Positions 38,216-47,319 of a DNA stretch of 64,000 nucleotides are shown piece by piece. Position 1 is the stretch's first letter; every line of letters starts with the position of its first letter. Below the pieces are notes generated by a model. It did no database searches, had not been told where the DNA came from, and worked only from the letters and a program-made list of their open reading frames with translations. This stretch comes from Candidatus Levybacteria bacterium RIFCSPHIGHO2_01_FULL_41_15 (GTDB lineage Bacteria > Patescibacteriota > Microgenomatia > Levybacterales > UBA12049), in NCBI GenBank assembly GCA_001782165.1, contig MFNV01000007.1, positions 15,449 through 79,448 of the forward strand, read 5' to 3'. Position numbers and translations under genes: made by a program.

Positions 38216-38695
38216 TTAGTGGATTGAGACGATTGAATATACTAGTTTTCCTGCGGGGGCCTCTACCTCAACTTTTTCTCCTACTTTTCTTCCCATAAGA
38301 GCCTTTCCAAGTGGTGACTCATGGGAAATTTTTTTTTCCTTAGGATCTGCTTCCCATTCTCCAACTACTTTGAACACTTCTTTTTTGCCTTTAATATGAA
38401 GCTTAACAGTTGATCCAAGTTTTATTACACTATTTCTTGCAGTCCTTCCTCCGCCATTTATCACAACAGCCTGTTTTAAAAGCTCTTCAAGCTCATCAAG
38501 TCTTCCATCTATGAAAGACAGTTCTTCTCTGGCCGCTGCGTATTCTGCATTCTCCGAAAGATCTCCAAGATCTCTTGCCTGAGAAACACGAGACAAGACA
38601 TCCGGTCTTTTGATCTTTGAGAGTTCTTCGTGTTCTTTTTTAAGTTCTGCAAGACCTTCGCGGGTCAAATAGATTTTTTTATCACCATTGTGCAT
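38216..38695 (-). CDS. greA: transcription elongation factor GreA
   Basis: YLTREG, ARDLGDLSENAEY, EADP...ISHESPLGKAL. Confidence 0.96.
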   Translation of the reverse strand: MHNGDKKIYLTREGLAELKKEHEELSKIKRPDVLSRVSQARDLGDLSENAEYAAAREELSFIDGRLDELEELLKQAVVINGGGRTARNSVIKLGSTVKLHIKGKKEVFKVVGEWEADPKEKKISHESPLGKALMGRKVGEKVEVEAPAGKLVYSIVSIH

Positions 38696-38704
38696 AGGCT
38701 TATT

Positions 38705-38745
38705 AAAAATAAAATCCCTCGGGTTGGTTTGTCAATCTGAGGGAT
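38705..38745 (-). terminator. intrinsic terminator in the greA leader
   Basis: Minus strand ATCCCTC.GATTG...CAACC.GAGGGAT then TTTATTTTT, between the TTGACA..TATAAT promoter and the greA ATG. Confidence 0.65.
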
Positions 38746-38785
38746 GATATCAACGGTGAAATATTATACGAAAATTTTTGCTTTG

Positions 38786-39805
38786 TCAATAACCTAGAGT
38801 TTTAAATTTAGACACAATTTGGCTGATTTCAGCTTTGATGTTTTCATCTACCATAATTTTTGCAATTCCCTCTGCGGGCTGTCCGTAGAATATTAAACTT
38901 TCAAGCGGAAGGGATAGAACCAGAGGGACAACAGAAAGGTCTTCCTCTCCGTCAATTTTGATTATGGTTTTTTCATTAAACTCCAATGCTTCTGATACTG
39001 CTTTCCATAGCTTTGGAGCTAAAGTTCCAGGAGGGTTTTTGACTCTGAGAATTTTCTCACTGCCTGAAAATCCCAGTTCTTTGATGTTTGAAAATTTTTC
39101 TTTCCTTGCAACCTTGAAATCGACAACAGAAATATCTGGCTTAATATTAAATTTATTAAATATTTGCGAAGTCACATCTCCTACCGAAATTATTAAATCC
39201 CCTCTAAAAATTTTTATATTCCCAGGATCCTTTATAATTTCTCCCCATGGTTTTTGAAATGCTTCTCTTAAATTTTGGGGAAGATAAAGAGTTCTTCTTA
39301 ACCAAATTTTCTTAATATAGGGCTTGCCTTCTCTATCAATCTCTCCCACTCTAATTCTAAAAGAAGAGATAGGAATTCCGTCCTCTGCCAGAACAGGCTT
39401 AAGCTCTACTACCTCAAGTCTCGGCAGTCTTCTTTTTACCCTTTCTTCATTTATTTTTTCCGCGGCTTTTCTTGTAAAATTTGAAACGACAATAATATTA
39501 GCATTAAAATTTTTATCCAGTGTCGGTCCAAATATGTCATCAATTTTTACTATTTCAAACTTCCCTTTTGCATTTTTTTCTAAAAATCTTTTGACACTTT
39601 TCTTTCTAGTTGTAAATAATTCAATCGATTTTAAATTTTGAATTCCAATTTTGAATTTTTTAATGTACCCATCCGAAGTTACACCTACGATTAGTCTTTC
39701 TGAAATAGATAAGCCATACTCTAGAAATTTTTGGTGTCCCTTGTGGAAGTGATCAAATGTGCCTCCCAAGACCCCGATTCTAGTTTTTTTGAGGAAATAA
39801 ACCAT
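38786..39805 (-). CDS. coaD: archaeal-type phosphopantetheine adenylyltransferase fused to DUF359 (GTP-dependent dephospho-CoA kinase)
   Basis: GGTFDHFHKGH, GVTSD, ISSFRIR.GEID..G; then VGDVT, VVDFK..R, NPPG, GEEDL, YGQP. Confidence 0.82.
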   Translation of the reverse strand: MVYFLKKTRIGVLGGTFDHFHKGHQKFLEYGLSISERLIVGVTSDGYIKKFKIGIQNLKSIELFTTRKKSVKRFLEKNAKGKFEIVKIDDIFGPTLDKNFNANIIVVSNFTRKAAEKINEERVKRRLPRLEVVELKPVLAEDGIPISSFRIRVGEIDREGKPYIKKIWLRRTLYLPQNLREAFQKPWGEIIKDPGNIKIFRGDLIISVGDVTSQIFNKFNIKPDISVVDFKVARKEKFSNIKELGFSGSEKILRVKNPPGTLAPKLWKAVSEALEFNEKTIIKIDGEEDLSVVPLVLSLPLESLIFYGQPAEGIAKIMVDENIKAEISQIVSKFKTLGY

Positions 39806-40658
39806 GTTTTATTAGTTTACCATTGTAAGTCAACATAGTTCTTGTTCTATAGTCTCTGGGATGGAATGCCAAAAAATGATCCCTTACGGTTTCGGTTGTT
39901 CTATTTCTTTTTATGAAAAAGGATTGAGGCCATTTAAAGATATTCTCCAAAACAGATACAGGAAGAGGTATTTTGGCTCGCCCTTCAAACTTTCTGTTTT
40001 TTACATCCTCAAGAATATTTGGCAAGTGTTTTTTAATCCACAGATTCGAATTTATAAATCTGCTGTATGTCTGCCCCCGCTCTATTATCGGCAACACTTG
40101 AGCTATCTCATGGGCGGTATATAAATCCTGCTTTGCTTTGGAAAACTTAAGAGAACTTTCATCAATTATCATATTCAGGCAAAACTTATTTTTTATATCT
40201 TTCCCTCCTCTTCTCCGGTGAACACCAAGAAACTTTAGTAGAAGAATTACAAAAAATCTTGAAGCCCAAACTGTATTTTTTCTGGCAATTATAAAAAGAT
40301 CAATATCATCATTTTTCGAAGCATTAAGCACAGAAAGACTTCCGCTTATTCCCACAAACAAGACTGTAGGAACCAGAAAAATTTTTTTAATTATTTTTTT
40401 TGCATATTCTATTTTTTGTAGGCTTTCTTTTTCCCTCTCTATTCTACGTATAACACTCTTTCTCTTCCCTTTAAGGAAGAGCATGTCTTTTTCGTGCTCA
40501 ACGACAGAATTTATTTCTTTGACTTTTTTTATAAAACTTTTCTTTTTGATTTTTTTGTCAGCATGGAGAAACTTCCAAATTTCCCCTTCTGAAAGCGGGT
40601 AATCAAATATATCACTATAAATAAGGGTCTCTAAAATGGCTTTTTTGCTACTGTCCAT
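39780..40658 (-). CDS. hypothetical protein with a Pol-beta-like nucleotidyltransferase motif
   Basis: TLIYSDIFDYPL N-terminus, GISGSL...DDIDL, DLYTAHE. Confidence 0.6.
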   Translation of the reverse strand: MDSSKKAILETLIYSDIFDYPLSEGEIWKFLHADKKIKKKSFIKKVKEINSVVEHEKDMLFLKGKRKSVIRRIEREKESLQKIEYAKKIIKKIFLVPTVLFVGISGSLSVLNASKNDDIDLFIIARKNTVWASRFFVILLLKFLGVHRRRGGKDIKNKFCLNMIIDESSLKFSKAKQDLYTAHEIAQVLPIIERGQTYSRFINSNLWIKKHLPNILEDVKNRKFEGRAKIPLPVSVLENIFKWPQSFFIKRNRTTETVRDHFLAFHPRDYRTRTMLTYNGKLIKHGLFPQKN

Positions 40659-42159
40659 ACTGGCTTAGTATTTGAGAAACTCCTTCAGAAAGAGTAGATA
40701 TAGCAGTCTCTGCCGATGTATTTTCTGAATTTATAGAACGGACTGCATTCCCCAAATATACATTCATCCTGGAATTAAGTCCATCATCATATGTATCTGA
40801 TGCAAAAAATGAGGAATCAGCCCTTTTTGCCTGAGAAACAAAGGGATACGCAACCGACCCCTTAAGTTTTCCCAAAAGATTAATTCTTGGGTATGGTTCT
40901 CCGAAGAGTCTTGTCTTTGATTCGATTGTAAATAATTTTTCCTGTGTCTCCTCTGATGTTAAAAATTTGAGGAAAAGGAAAGCCTCCTTCTGATATTTTG
41001 TCTTTGATGAAACACCCGAGGCCCAATAACTTGCAATAGTAATATCTCTGTTCTCTATTTTTGGGACGGGGTGAATGTCAAACTTAAAATCAGGATTAAT
41101 TGATTTTATTATAAAATAATCCCAAGAGTATCCAAAATACATTGCAAGTTCCCCTTTTGCGAAAGCAAGCATTGATTGCTCCAACGTACTATCCCAAACT
41201 TTTTGATCCCCTTTTGCAAAAGATGTATAAAACTCAAGAGCATCGCTTGCTTTTCTTGATGTTGAAGAAAGATTCCTTATATTTGCCCCGTTTTGGACAA
41301 AGAGCATGGAAATTATATCAGGAGCATGATTTATATTATCAAAAGTTCCAAGAGATGCTCCCGCAGTTTTAATTCTTCCTGCCTCATCCACAACAGTAAG
41401 CTGTCGCGAAATATTTATAAAATCCTGCCAGTTGTCAGGAACCTTTACTCCGGCCGACTCAAAAATTTCTCTATTGGTATAAAGAGAAAGAGTATCAATT
41501 TCCGTTGGAATTCCATAAATTGCTGCATTCTTCTCCAGGTCTTTTTTTGCAACAGGATAAAAAGAGGACTCAAAATCTTTTTTGGAAATAACATTGTCAG
41601 GAACAGGCAAAAGAACATCGGAAAACATAGGAAGCCACGTGTTATGGAATAGAAAAACATCAGGTCCTGTTCCATTTTGAATCCGTGTAGTCAGTTTTTC
41701 CCGATATTGTTTTATGTCTTGTTTTGTATAATTTACCTTTATGTTGGGATATTTTTTATTGAAGTCGTCAATAACAGGTTTTAAGATATTTTGATCCTCC
41801 CACAAGCCCCAATATGATATTTCAGCGTTTTTCTCTTTCCCTTTGCTAAGAAAGGGAACGACAACTCCAAAAAAAATAATTAAAACAAGAATGATAACAA
41901 TGGCCCCAACAGCTATTTTTATAATGGTGGGGAAAGAGGTGGAAAATCTTGACAGAGAACCTTCTTCAGGAGGCGGTGGGGGCGGTGAGGATGCCTCAGG
42001 GGCAGGGGATGGTGAGGATGAGGGCGGAAAAACAGGTTGAGAACTTGGCTGTTGAGAAGGGCTTTCCGGTGGAGGATTTCCTTGATTAGACAAGGGGGGA
42101 GACTGGGAAACAGCCTGGTCTTGGGACTGCGGATTCTGAAAAAGGGTATTCTCCTCCAT
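40648..42159 (-). CDS. membrane-anchored sugar-type extracellular solute-binding protein
   Basis: Pro-rich N-terminus, TM, YWGLWE, GPDVF, YGIP...LYTN, FAKGELAM; start ATG 42159. Confidence 0.85.
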   Translation of the reverse strand: MEENTLFQNPQSQDQAVSQSPPLSNQGNPPPESPSQQPSSQPVFPPSSSPSPAPEASSPPPPPPEEGSLSRFSTSFPTIIKIAVGAIVIILVLIIFFGVVVPFLSKGKEKNAEISYWGLWEDQNILKPVIDDFNKKYPNIKVNYTKQDIKQYREKLTTRIQNGTGPDVFLFHNTWLPMFSDVLLPVPDNVISKKDFESSFYPVAKKDLEKNAAIYGIPTEIDTLSLYTNREIFESAGVKVPDNWQDFINISRQLTVVDEAGRIKTAGASLGTFDNINHAPDIISMLFVQNGANIRNLSSTSRKASDALEFYTSFAKGDQKVWDSTLEQSMLAFAKGELAMYFGYSWDYFIIKSINPDFKFDIHPVPKIENRDITIASYWASGVSSKTKYQKEAFLFLKFLTSEETQEKLFTIESKTRLFGEPYPRINLLGKLKGSVAYPFVSQAKRADSSFFASDTYDDGLNSRMNVYLGNAVRSINSENTSAETAISTLSEGVSQILSQYGQ

Positions 42160-42194
42160 ATTTATAGTATAATACCAAAAAGAAACCATAAGCA

Positions 42195-43625
42195 ATGAAG
42201 CTTCCCAAAATTAAACCTAAGACCCTAAAAAAGATTACAAAAATAGGAAAAATAACATTTTGGTTCTCGGTAGGCGCTTTTATAGGCTTGTTTTTGTTTG
42301 TAAGCTTCACTTTTGTAATTTTTCAAACCCTTCATAAAGACGTTATATATCCTGGGATAATGGTAAACGGAATTGATTTTGGTGGAAAAAAAGAGGCCGA
42401 TGTAGAAAATTATTTTCTTAAGAAGAATGAAAAAATAAAAGATACAAAATTTACTTTCATAAGCTCTGAGGAGGTCGCCACAATTTCTGCAAAAGAACTT
42501 AACTTAGGATATAATGGAAAACTTTTGGGGAAACAAGCATTTAGCATAGGTCGCTCAGGCAGCACAATAACAAATATAAGCATAGTTTTCCAGGCTTTTT
42601 TATACGGAGTAAATCTTCCTGCTTCCTATCGATATTCGGAAGAAAAACTTCTAATCTTTCTTTCTCCTGTGATAGAAGCCGTTAAGAAAGATCCCATAGA
42701 TTCTTTGTTTACATTTACAAACGGGAGAGTTACCGAATTTAAACCCTCAAGGCAGGGGCAGAAGGTTGACATCGAGGAACTTAAAGGTCAAATAAATTCC
42801 AAAATTTTATCGGTTGTAAATTCTCAAAAGCCGCAGGAAATTACAATAAACATACCGATAAAAGTAATAGAGCCTAAAATAACCACCGAAAAGGCAAACA
42901 ATTTAGGGATCTCGGAACTTGTAGGACAGGGGTCTTCTCTTTTCCAGGGTTCAATTCAAGGAAGAATACATAATATAACTCTGGCTGCCGCAAGACTTAA
43001 TGGTCTTTTAGTCGCCCCTTCGGAAACTTTCTCATTCAATAAAGCCCTGGGTGATGTCTCTGCGTTCACGGGCTATCAGCAGGCATACATTATAAAAGAC
43101 GGAAAAACAATATTGGGTGACGGAGGAGGAGTTTGTCAAGTTTCAACAACTCTCTTCAGAGCCATCTTAAATGCAGGTCTTCCTGTAATCGAAAGGAATC
43201 CTCATTCTTATCGAGTAGGTTATTATGAGCAGGACTCTCCCCCGGGCCTGGATGCAACTGTTTATGCACCAAGCGTTGATCTAAAATTCAAAAATGACAC
43301 AGAAAATTATATTCTTATTCAAGCTTTCGTAAATCCAAATATTTTGGGTCTTACTTTTGAGCTTTATGGGACAAAAGATACAAGAGTGGTAACGTTGGGA
43401 AAACCCGTTATAACAAGTCGGACTCCTGCCCCTGCCGACTTATATCAAGATGACCCCACGCTTGCCAAAGGGCAGATAAAACAGGTTGATTTCTCAGCGC
43501 CCGGCGCACAGGTTTATTTTACAAGACAGGTAGTAAAAGATGGGAAAACAATAATATCCGATAAGTTCTCTTCCTCATATAGACCCTGGCAGGCAGTTTT
43601 CCTTCGCGGAACCAAAGAGAATTAA
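42195..43625 (+). CDS. VanW family protein with peptidoglycan-binding region
   Basis: RIHNI..AA, FSFN, GGGVCQVSTTLF, ERNPHS, GLDATV, DLKFKN. Confidence 0.9.
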   Translation: MKLPKIKPKTLKKITKIGKITFWFSVGAFIGLFLFVSFTFVIFQTLHKDVIYPGIMVNGIDFGGKKEADVENYFLKKNEKIKDTKFTFISSEEVATISAKELNLGYNGKLLGKQAFSIGRSGSTITNISIVFQAFLYGVNLPASYRYSEEKLLIFLSPVIEAVKKDPIDSLFTFTNGRVTEFKPSRQGQKVDIEELKGQINSKILSVVNSQKPQEITINIPIKVIEPKITTEKANNLGISELVGQGSSLFQGSIQGRIHNITLAAARLNGLLVAPSETFSFNKALGDVSAFTGYQQAYIIKDGKTILGDGGGVCQVSTTLFRAILNAGLPVIERNPHSYRVGYYEQDSPPGLDATVYAPSVDLKFKNDTENYILIQAFVNPNILGLTFELYGTKDTRVVTLGKPVITSRTPAPADLYQDDPTLAKGQIKQVDFSAPGAQVYFTRQVVKDGKTIISDKFSSSYRPWQAVFLRGTKEN

Positions 43626-43629
43626 ACCA

Positions 43630-43688
43630 ATTTGAAATTTAAAATTTGAAGTTTTCAATGAAAATTAAAAATTGAAAATTTAAAATTA
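43630..43688. repeat. AT-rich 7-nt period tract with inverted halves
   Basis: aatttgaaatttaaaatttgaa...aaaattaaaaattgaaaatttaaaatta. Confidence 0.6.
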
Positions 43689-43694
43689 ACAGAT

Positions 43695-44162
43695 ATGATT
43701 GTTAAAGTAGCAGAAGCTATCAAAATTAGCAAAATACATAGAAACAAAGGTAAAAAGATCGTTTTGGCTGGTGGTTGTTTTGACATAATTCATTTAGGTC
43801 ATATTCGGTTTCTTAAAAATGCAAAAAAACTGGGGGGAGTTCTTTTTGTCCTTTTGGAAAGTGATGATACTGTAGGAAAACTTAAGGGAAGAAATCGACC
43901 GATAAATAATCAAAAAGAAAGAGCAGAGGTTCTATCTACGATTAAATACGTTGATTATGTGGTGCTCATAAAAAGAATGAAAACTGATAAAGAATATGAT
44001 AAACTTATAGCCTTACTTAAGCCTGATTTTTTGGCGGCAACAGAGGGTGATCCAGGAATCAGCCATAAAATGCGGCAGGCAAAACTTACAGAAGCAAAAG
44101 TAAGAACAGTAACAAGAAAATTGAAAAACAAATCAACAACTAGGCTAATCAAAAATTATTAA
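43695..44162 (+). CDS. cytidylyltransferase/adenylyltransferase family protein (TagD/RfaE2/RibL-like)
   Basis: GGCFDIIHLGH, LKGRNRP, ERAEVL, STT. Confidence 0.85.
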   Translation: MIVKVAEAIKISKIHRNKGKKIVLAGGCFDIIHLGHIRFLKNAKKLGGVLFVLLESDDTVGKLKGRNRPINNQKERAEVLSTIKYVDYVVLIKRMKTDKEYDKLIALLKPDFLAATEGDPGISHKMRQAKLTEAKVRTVTRKLKNKSTTRLIKNY

Positions 44163-44163
44163 T

Positions 44164-44601
44164 ATGATAAAGGTAGGTCTTGGGCTTTTAGCTATTCTTC
44201 TTACCGCATTTTTGGGAGCTGGTATTTGGTTTTCCAAAAAATCCCCCACCGCAACGATAAACAAACAGGTTTTCAAAATAGAAGTTGCAAGTTCCTCAAA
44301 GGACAAACAAATAGGACTTTCAAAATATTCAAAAATAAATAATGATTTTGCAATGCTATTCCCTTTTGAAAAGCCGGATTATTATTCTTTCTGGATGAAA
44401 GAAGTGCAATTTCCAATTGACATAATTTTTATAAAGGATAATAAAATAGTAACAATTTACCGAAATGTTCAGCCCTCCAAAAATAATCTTATTATCTATA
44501 AACCTAAAACTCCGTCAAATAAGGTTATTGAAATAAATGCAGGGCTTTCTCAAAAGTATAGTTTCAAAGAGGGTAACCAAATAGAACTTAAGAATATCTA
44601 A
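44164..44601 (+). CDS. DUF192 family protein
   Basis: EVA...GLS...MLFPF...FWMK..FPIDIIFI...VIEINAG. Confidence 0.88.
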   Translation: MIKVGLGLLAILLTAFLGAGIWFSKKSPTATINKQVFKIEVASSSKDKQIGLSKYSKINNDFAMLFPFEKPDYYSFWMKEVQFPIDIIFIKDNKIVTIYRNVQPSKNNLIIYKPKTPSNKVIEINAGLSQKYSFKEGNQIELKNI

Positions 44602-44602
44602 G

Positions 44603-45697
44603 ATGCTAATTCTGGGAATTGAGACTTCTTGCGATGAAACCGGAGCAGCATTAATAGAAGCTACTGATAAAAATAAAAAAGTAAAACTTATATCAAATAA
44701 GCTTGCTTCCTCTTTAAATCTTCATAAAAAAACCGGCGGAATAATTCCCGAAATTGCGGCAAGAGAACAAGTAAAATACATCATCCCCGTCATCAATAGA
44801 GCAATTGAACAATGTAACAATTTAACAATTGATGATGTTGACGCTATCGCAGTAACAATAGGCCCAGGCCTTATAGGATCTCTCTTGGTAGGGGTTGAAA
44901 CAGCAAGAACATTCTCTTACATTTGGAAAAAACCCATTATTCCTGTTAATCATCTTATCGGACACATATACGCCAATTTCATTAGCGAAATTCATAATTC
45001 AGAATTCATAATTCATAATTCTGCTGCCGATGTTCAGTTTCCAACCATAGCTTTAATTGTGTCTGGAGGCCATACAGATTTAGTCTTAATAAATAATCAC
45101 GGCAGCATTAAATGGCTTGGAGGGACGCGGGATGATGCGGCAGGTGAGGCGTTTGATAAGATAGGGAGACTTCTTGGACTTCCCTATCCCGGAGGGCCTT
45201 CAATTGAAAAAGAAGCGGCAAAAGGAGATCCAAAAAAGTTTAATTTCCCAAGACCTCTTATGTATAATCGAGATTTTTCCGCCAAAGGCGGACCAGCCTC
45301 TGGCTGGGATTTTTCTTTCTCGGGACTTAAGACTGCAGTATTTAGGGAGATATCAAGATATAAAGATATTAAGATATTAAGTGAACAGACAATTGCTGAC
45401 ATTTCTGCATCTTTGCAGGAAGCGATTGTAGATGTTTTAGTTTATAAAACTTTAAAAGCTGCGCAAAGATATAAAGTAAAATCTATTCTTTTAGGAGGTG
45501 GCGTCGCCGCAAACAGCAAATTGCGAGAGCAATTTGAATTGAAAATTGAAAATTTAGAATTGAAAATTCCGTTTTTCGTCCCCGAAAAACGGTTGTGTAC
45601 CGACAACGCCGCCATGATCGCCACCGCTGCATTTTACAATTATAAACCCATTCCCTGGAAAAAAATTACCGCGAATCCTGAGTTATACTTTTATTGA
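44603..45697 (+). CDS. tsaD: tRNA N6-adenosine threonylcarbamoyltransferase
   Basis: GIETSCDET, GGIIPEIA, GPGL.GSL, NHLIGH, VSGGHT, DDAAGEAFDK, FSFSGLKT, TDNAAM. Confidence 0.97.
   Translation: MLILGIETSCDETGAALIEATDKNKKVKLISNKLASSLNLHKKTGGIIPEIAAREQVKYIIPVINRAIEQCNNLTIDDVDAIAVTIGPGLIGSLLVGVETARTFSYIWKKPIIPVNHLIGHIYANFISEIHNSEFIIHNSAADVQFPTIALIVSGGHTDLVLINNHGSIKWLGGTRDDAAGEAFDKIGRLLGLPYPGGPSIEKEAAKGDPKKFNFPRPLMYNRDFSAKGGPASGWDFSFSGLKTAVFREISRYKDIKILSEQTIADISASLQEAIVDVLVYKTLKAAQRYKVKSILLGGGVAANSKLREQFELKIENLELKIPFFVPEKRLCTDNAAMIATAAFYNYKPIPWKKITANPELYFY
45278..45307. repeat. 30-nt double-hairpin element in frame in tsaD
   Basis: TCCGCC-AAA-GGCGGA CCAGCC-TCT-GGCTGG = SAKGGPASGW. Confidence 0.8.
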
Positions 45698-45706
45698 AGA
45701 GAGTTT

Positions 45707-45733
45707 ATCCTTTGAAGCTTTAGCGAAGGAGGA
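45707..45733. repeat. REP-like element family A, copy 4
   Basis: atcctttgaagctttagcgaaggagga, just after the tsaD stop. Confidence 0.65.
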
Positions 45734-45791
45734 CCAACCCCGAACTATACTTTTATTAAATATAAATAAATTTTTGTGGTAAAATAGGGAG

Positions 45792-46847
45792 ATGCCAAAC
45801 GAACTGTCCATAATTGCCGCTGTTGTTGTAGGCTTTGCAATTATTTTTTATTTTTTAAATAAAAAGTTTTCTGAACTTAAAAAACCGCAGGAAAACGAAA
45901 CTCTTTTGGAGTGGCTTAAAACAATGCAGTCTTCTTTGGAGTCCACAAATAAAACTTTAAACGAGGCTCTAACAAAAAGTTCCTCAAATATGGTTAAAAC
46001 TCTTCAGGAAAACTCAAAGCAATTGAACGAAAGATTGGATAAAGCAGCAGCTGTTATAAGAGACGTAGGAAAAGAGGTAGGACAAATGAGTGAAATAGGA
46101 AGAAACATGCAGGAACTTCAGGATTTTCTCAAAAGCCCAAAGCTTAGGGGAAATATCGGAGAGCAAGTTTTAAAAGACTTAATTTCACAGATGTTCCCTA
46201 GAAACAGTTTCCATCTTCAGTATCAATTTAGATCCGGCGAAAAAGTTGATGCGGCTATCAAAACAGATGCGGGAATTTTGTCTATAGATTCTAAATTCCC
46301 AATGGAAAATTTTCAGCGAATGGTAAAATCAAAAGACGAAAAACAAAAAGAGGAAGCCCAAAAAGAATTTGTAAGAGATGTTAAAAAACATATAGATGCA
46401 ATTTCTAAAAAGTATATCCTTCCCGATGAGGGAACTATGGATTTTGCTTTAATGTATGTACCAAGCGAGTCTGTTTTTTATGAGCTCATAAATATGTCTG
46501 ACATTATTGACTATGCAAGAAAATCAAGAGTTTATGTTGTTTCCCCGAATACTCTTTATGTACATCTTCAGACGATTCTTCTTTCTTTTGAAGGCAAAAA
46601 AATAGAGGCAAGATCCCGCCAGGTTTTAAGACTTCTTCGTGCGCTTCAGATTGACTATGATAAAGTACAGGAAAACATGGGAGTTTTGGGTAAACATATA
46701 AATAATGCATCTTCTCAATTTTCAAACGTGACGAGTGGCTTTTTGCAACTAGGAAATAAAATTCAGTCTGCCGGATCTCTGGAAGAAGGAACAGTAAGGA
46801 AATTAGATAAATTGACGAGCAAGGGAGGTGAGACACTAGATGAATAA
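45792..46847 (+). CDS. rmuC: DNA recombination protein RmuC
   Basis: TM plus coiled coil, RGNIGE, IDSKFP, HIDAISKKYI, DFALMYVPSE, VSPNT. Confidence 0.92.
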   Translation: MPNELSIIAAVVVGFAIIFYFLNKKFSELKKPQENETLLEWLKTMQSSLESTNKTLNEALTKSSSNMVKTLQENSKQLNERLDKAAAVIRDVGKEVGQMSEIGRNMQELQDFLKSPKLRGNIGEQVLKDLISQMFPRNSFHLQYQFRSGEKVDAAIKTDAGILSIDSKFPMENFQRMVKSKDEKQKEEAQKEFVRDVKKHIDAISKKYILPDEGTMDFALMYVPSESVFYELINMSDIIDYARKSRVYVVSPNTLYVHLQTILLSFEGKKIEARSRQVLRLLRALQIDYDKVQENMGVLGKHINNASSQFSNVTSGFLQLGNKIQSAGSLEEGTVRKLDKLTSKGGETLDE

Positions 46848-47280
46848 CAAAACTTTGATAGGAATAATTGTAGTATTGGTTATAATAGGAGGAGCGTTAT
46901 TGTTTACTGGGAATAAATCAACTCAACCAACAGAGACAACTACCCAACAGGGAACTCCTGCGCAGAACACAACCAACCAAGGCACAACAGGAGGAATTGT
47001 TCCCAAGGAAACCATTACAAATGTGGCTGTAACAAGCTCTGGATTTGAACCTAAAACTGTAACTGTAAAGATTGGGACAAGGGTTATTTGGCTTAACAAT
47101 AGCGGTGCGGATGCTACTGTTAATTCCGCTGTTCATCCCACCCATCAAATCTATCCGCCTCTAAACCTTGGACAATTTCCTGATGGGTCGTCTGTTCAGT
47201 TGGTCTTTGACAAAGCCGGCACTTACAAATATCATGACCACCTTCATCCGGAAAGAACGGGAACAGTAGTTGTCCAGTAG
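46840..47280 (+). CDS. membrane-anchored cupredoxin-fold protein
   Basis: GFEPKTVTVKIGTRVIWLN, FDKAGTYKYHDHLHP..TGTVVV; SD AAGGGAGGTGA. Confidence 0.82.
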   Translation: MNNKTLIGIIVVLVIIGGALLFTGNKSTQPTETTTQQGTPAQNTTNQGTTGGIVPKETITNVAVTSSGFEPKTVTVKIGTRVIWLNNSGADATVNSAVHPTHQIYPPLNLGQFPDGSSVQLVFDKAGTYKYHDHLHPERTGTVVVQ

Positions 47281-47319
47281 TTTTAAAATAACTGGCGAGA
47301 GTAAGGGGGTGATAATGGT

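Noticed and set aside
42195-43625. Vancomycin resistance locus
   Set aside because: VanW-domain proteins are widespread; no vanA/B/H/X/R/S genes nearby.
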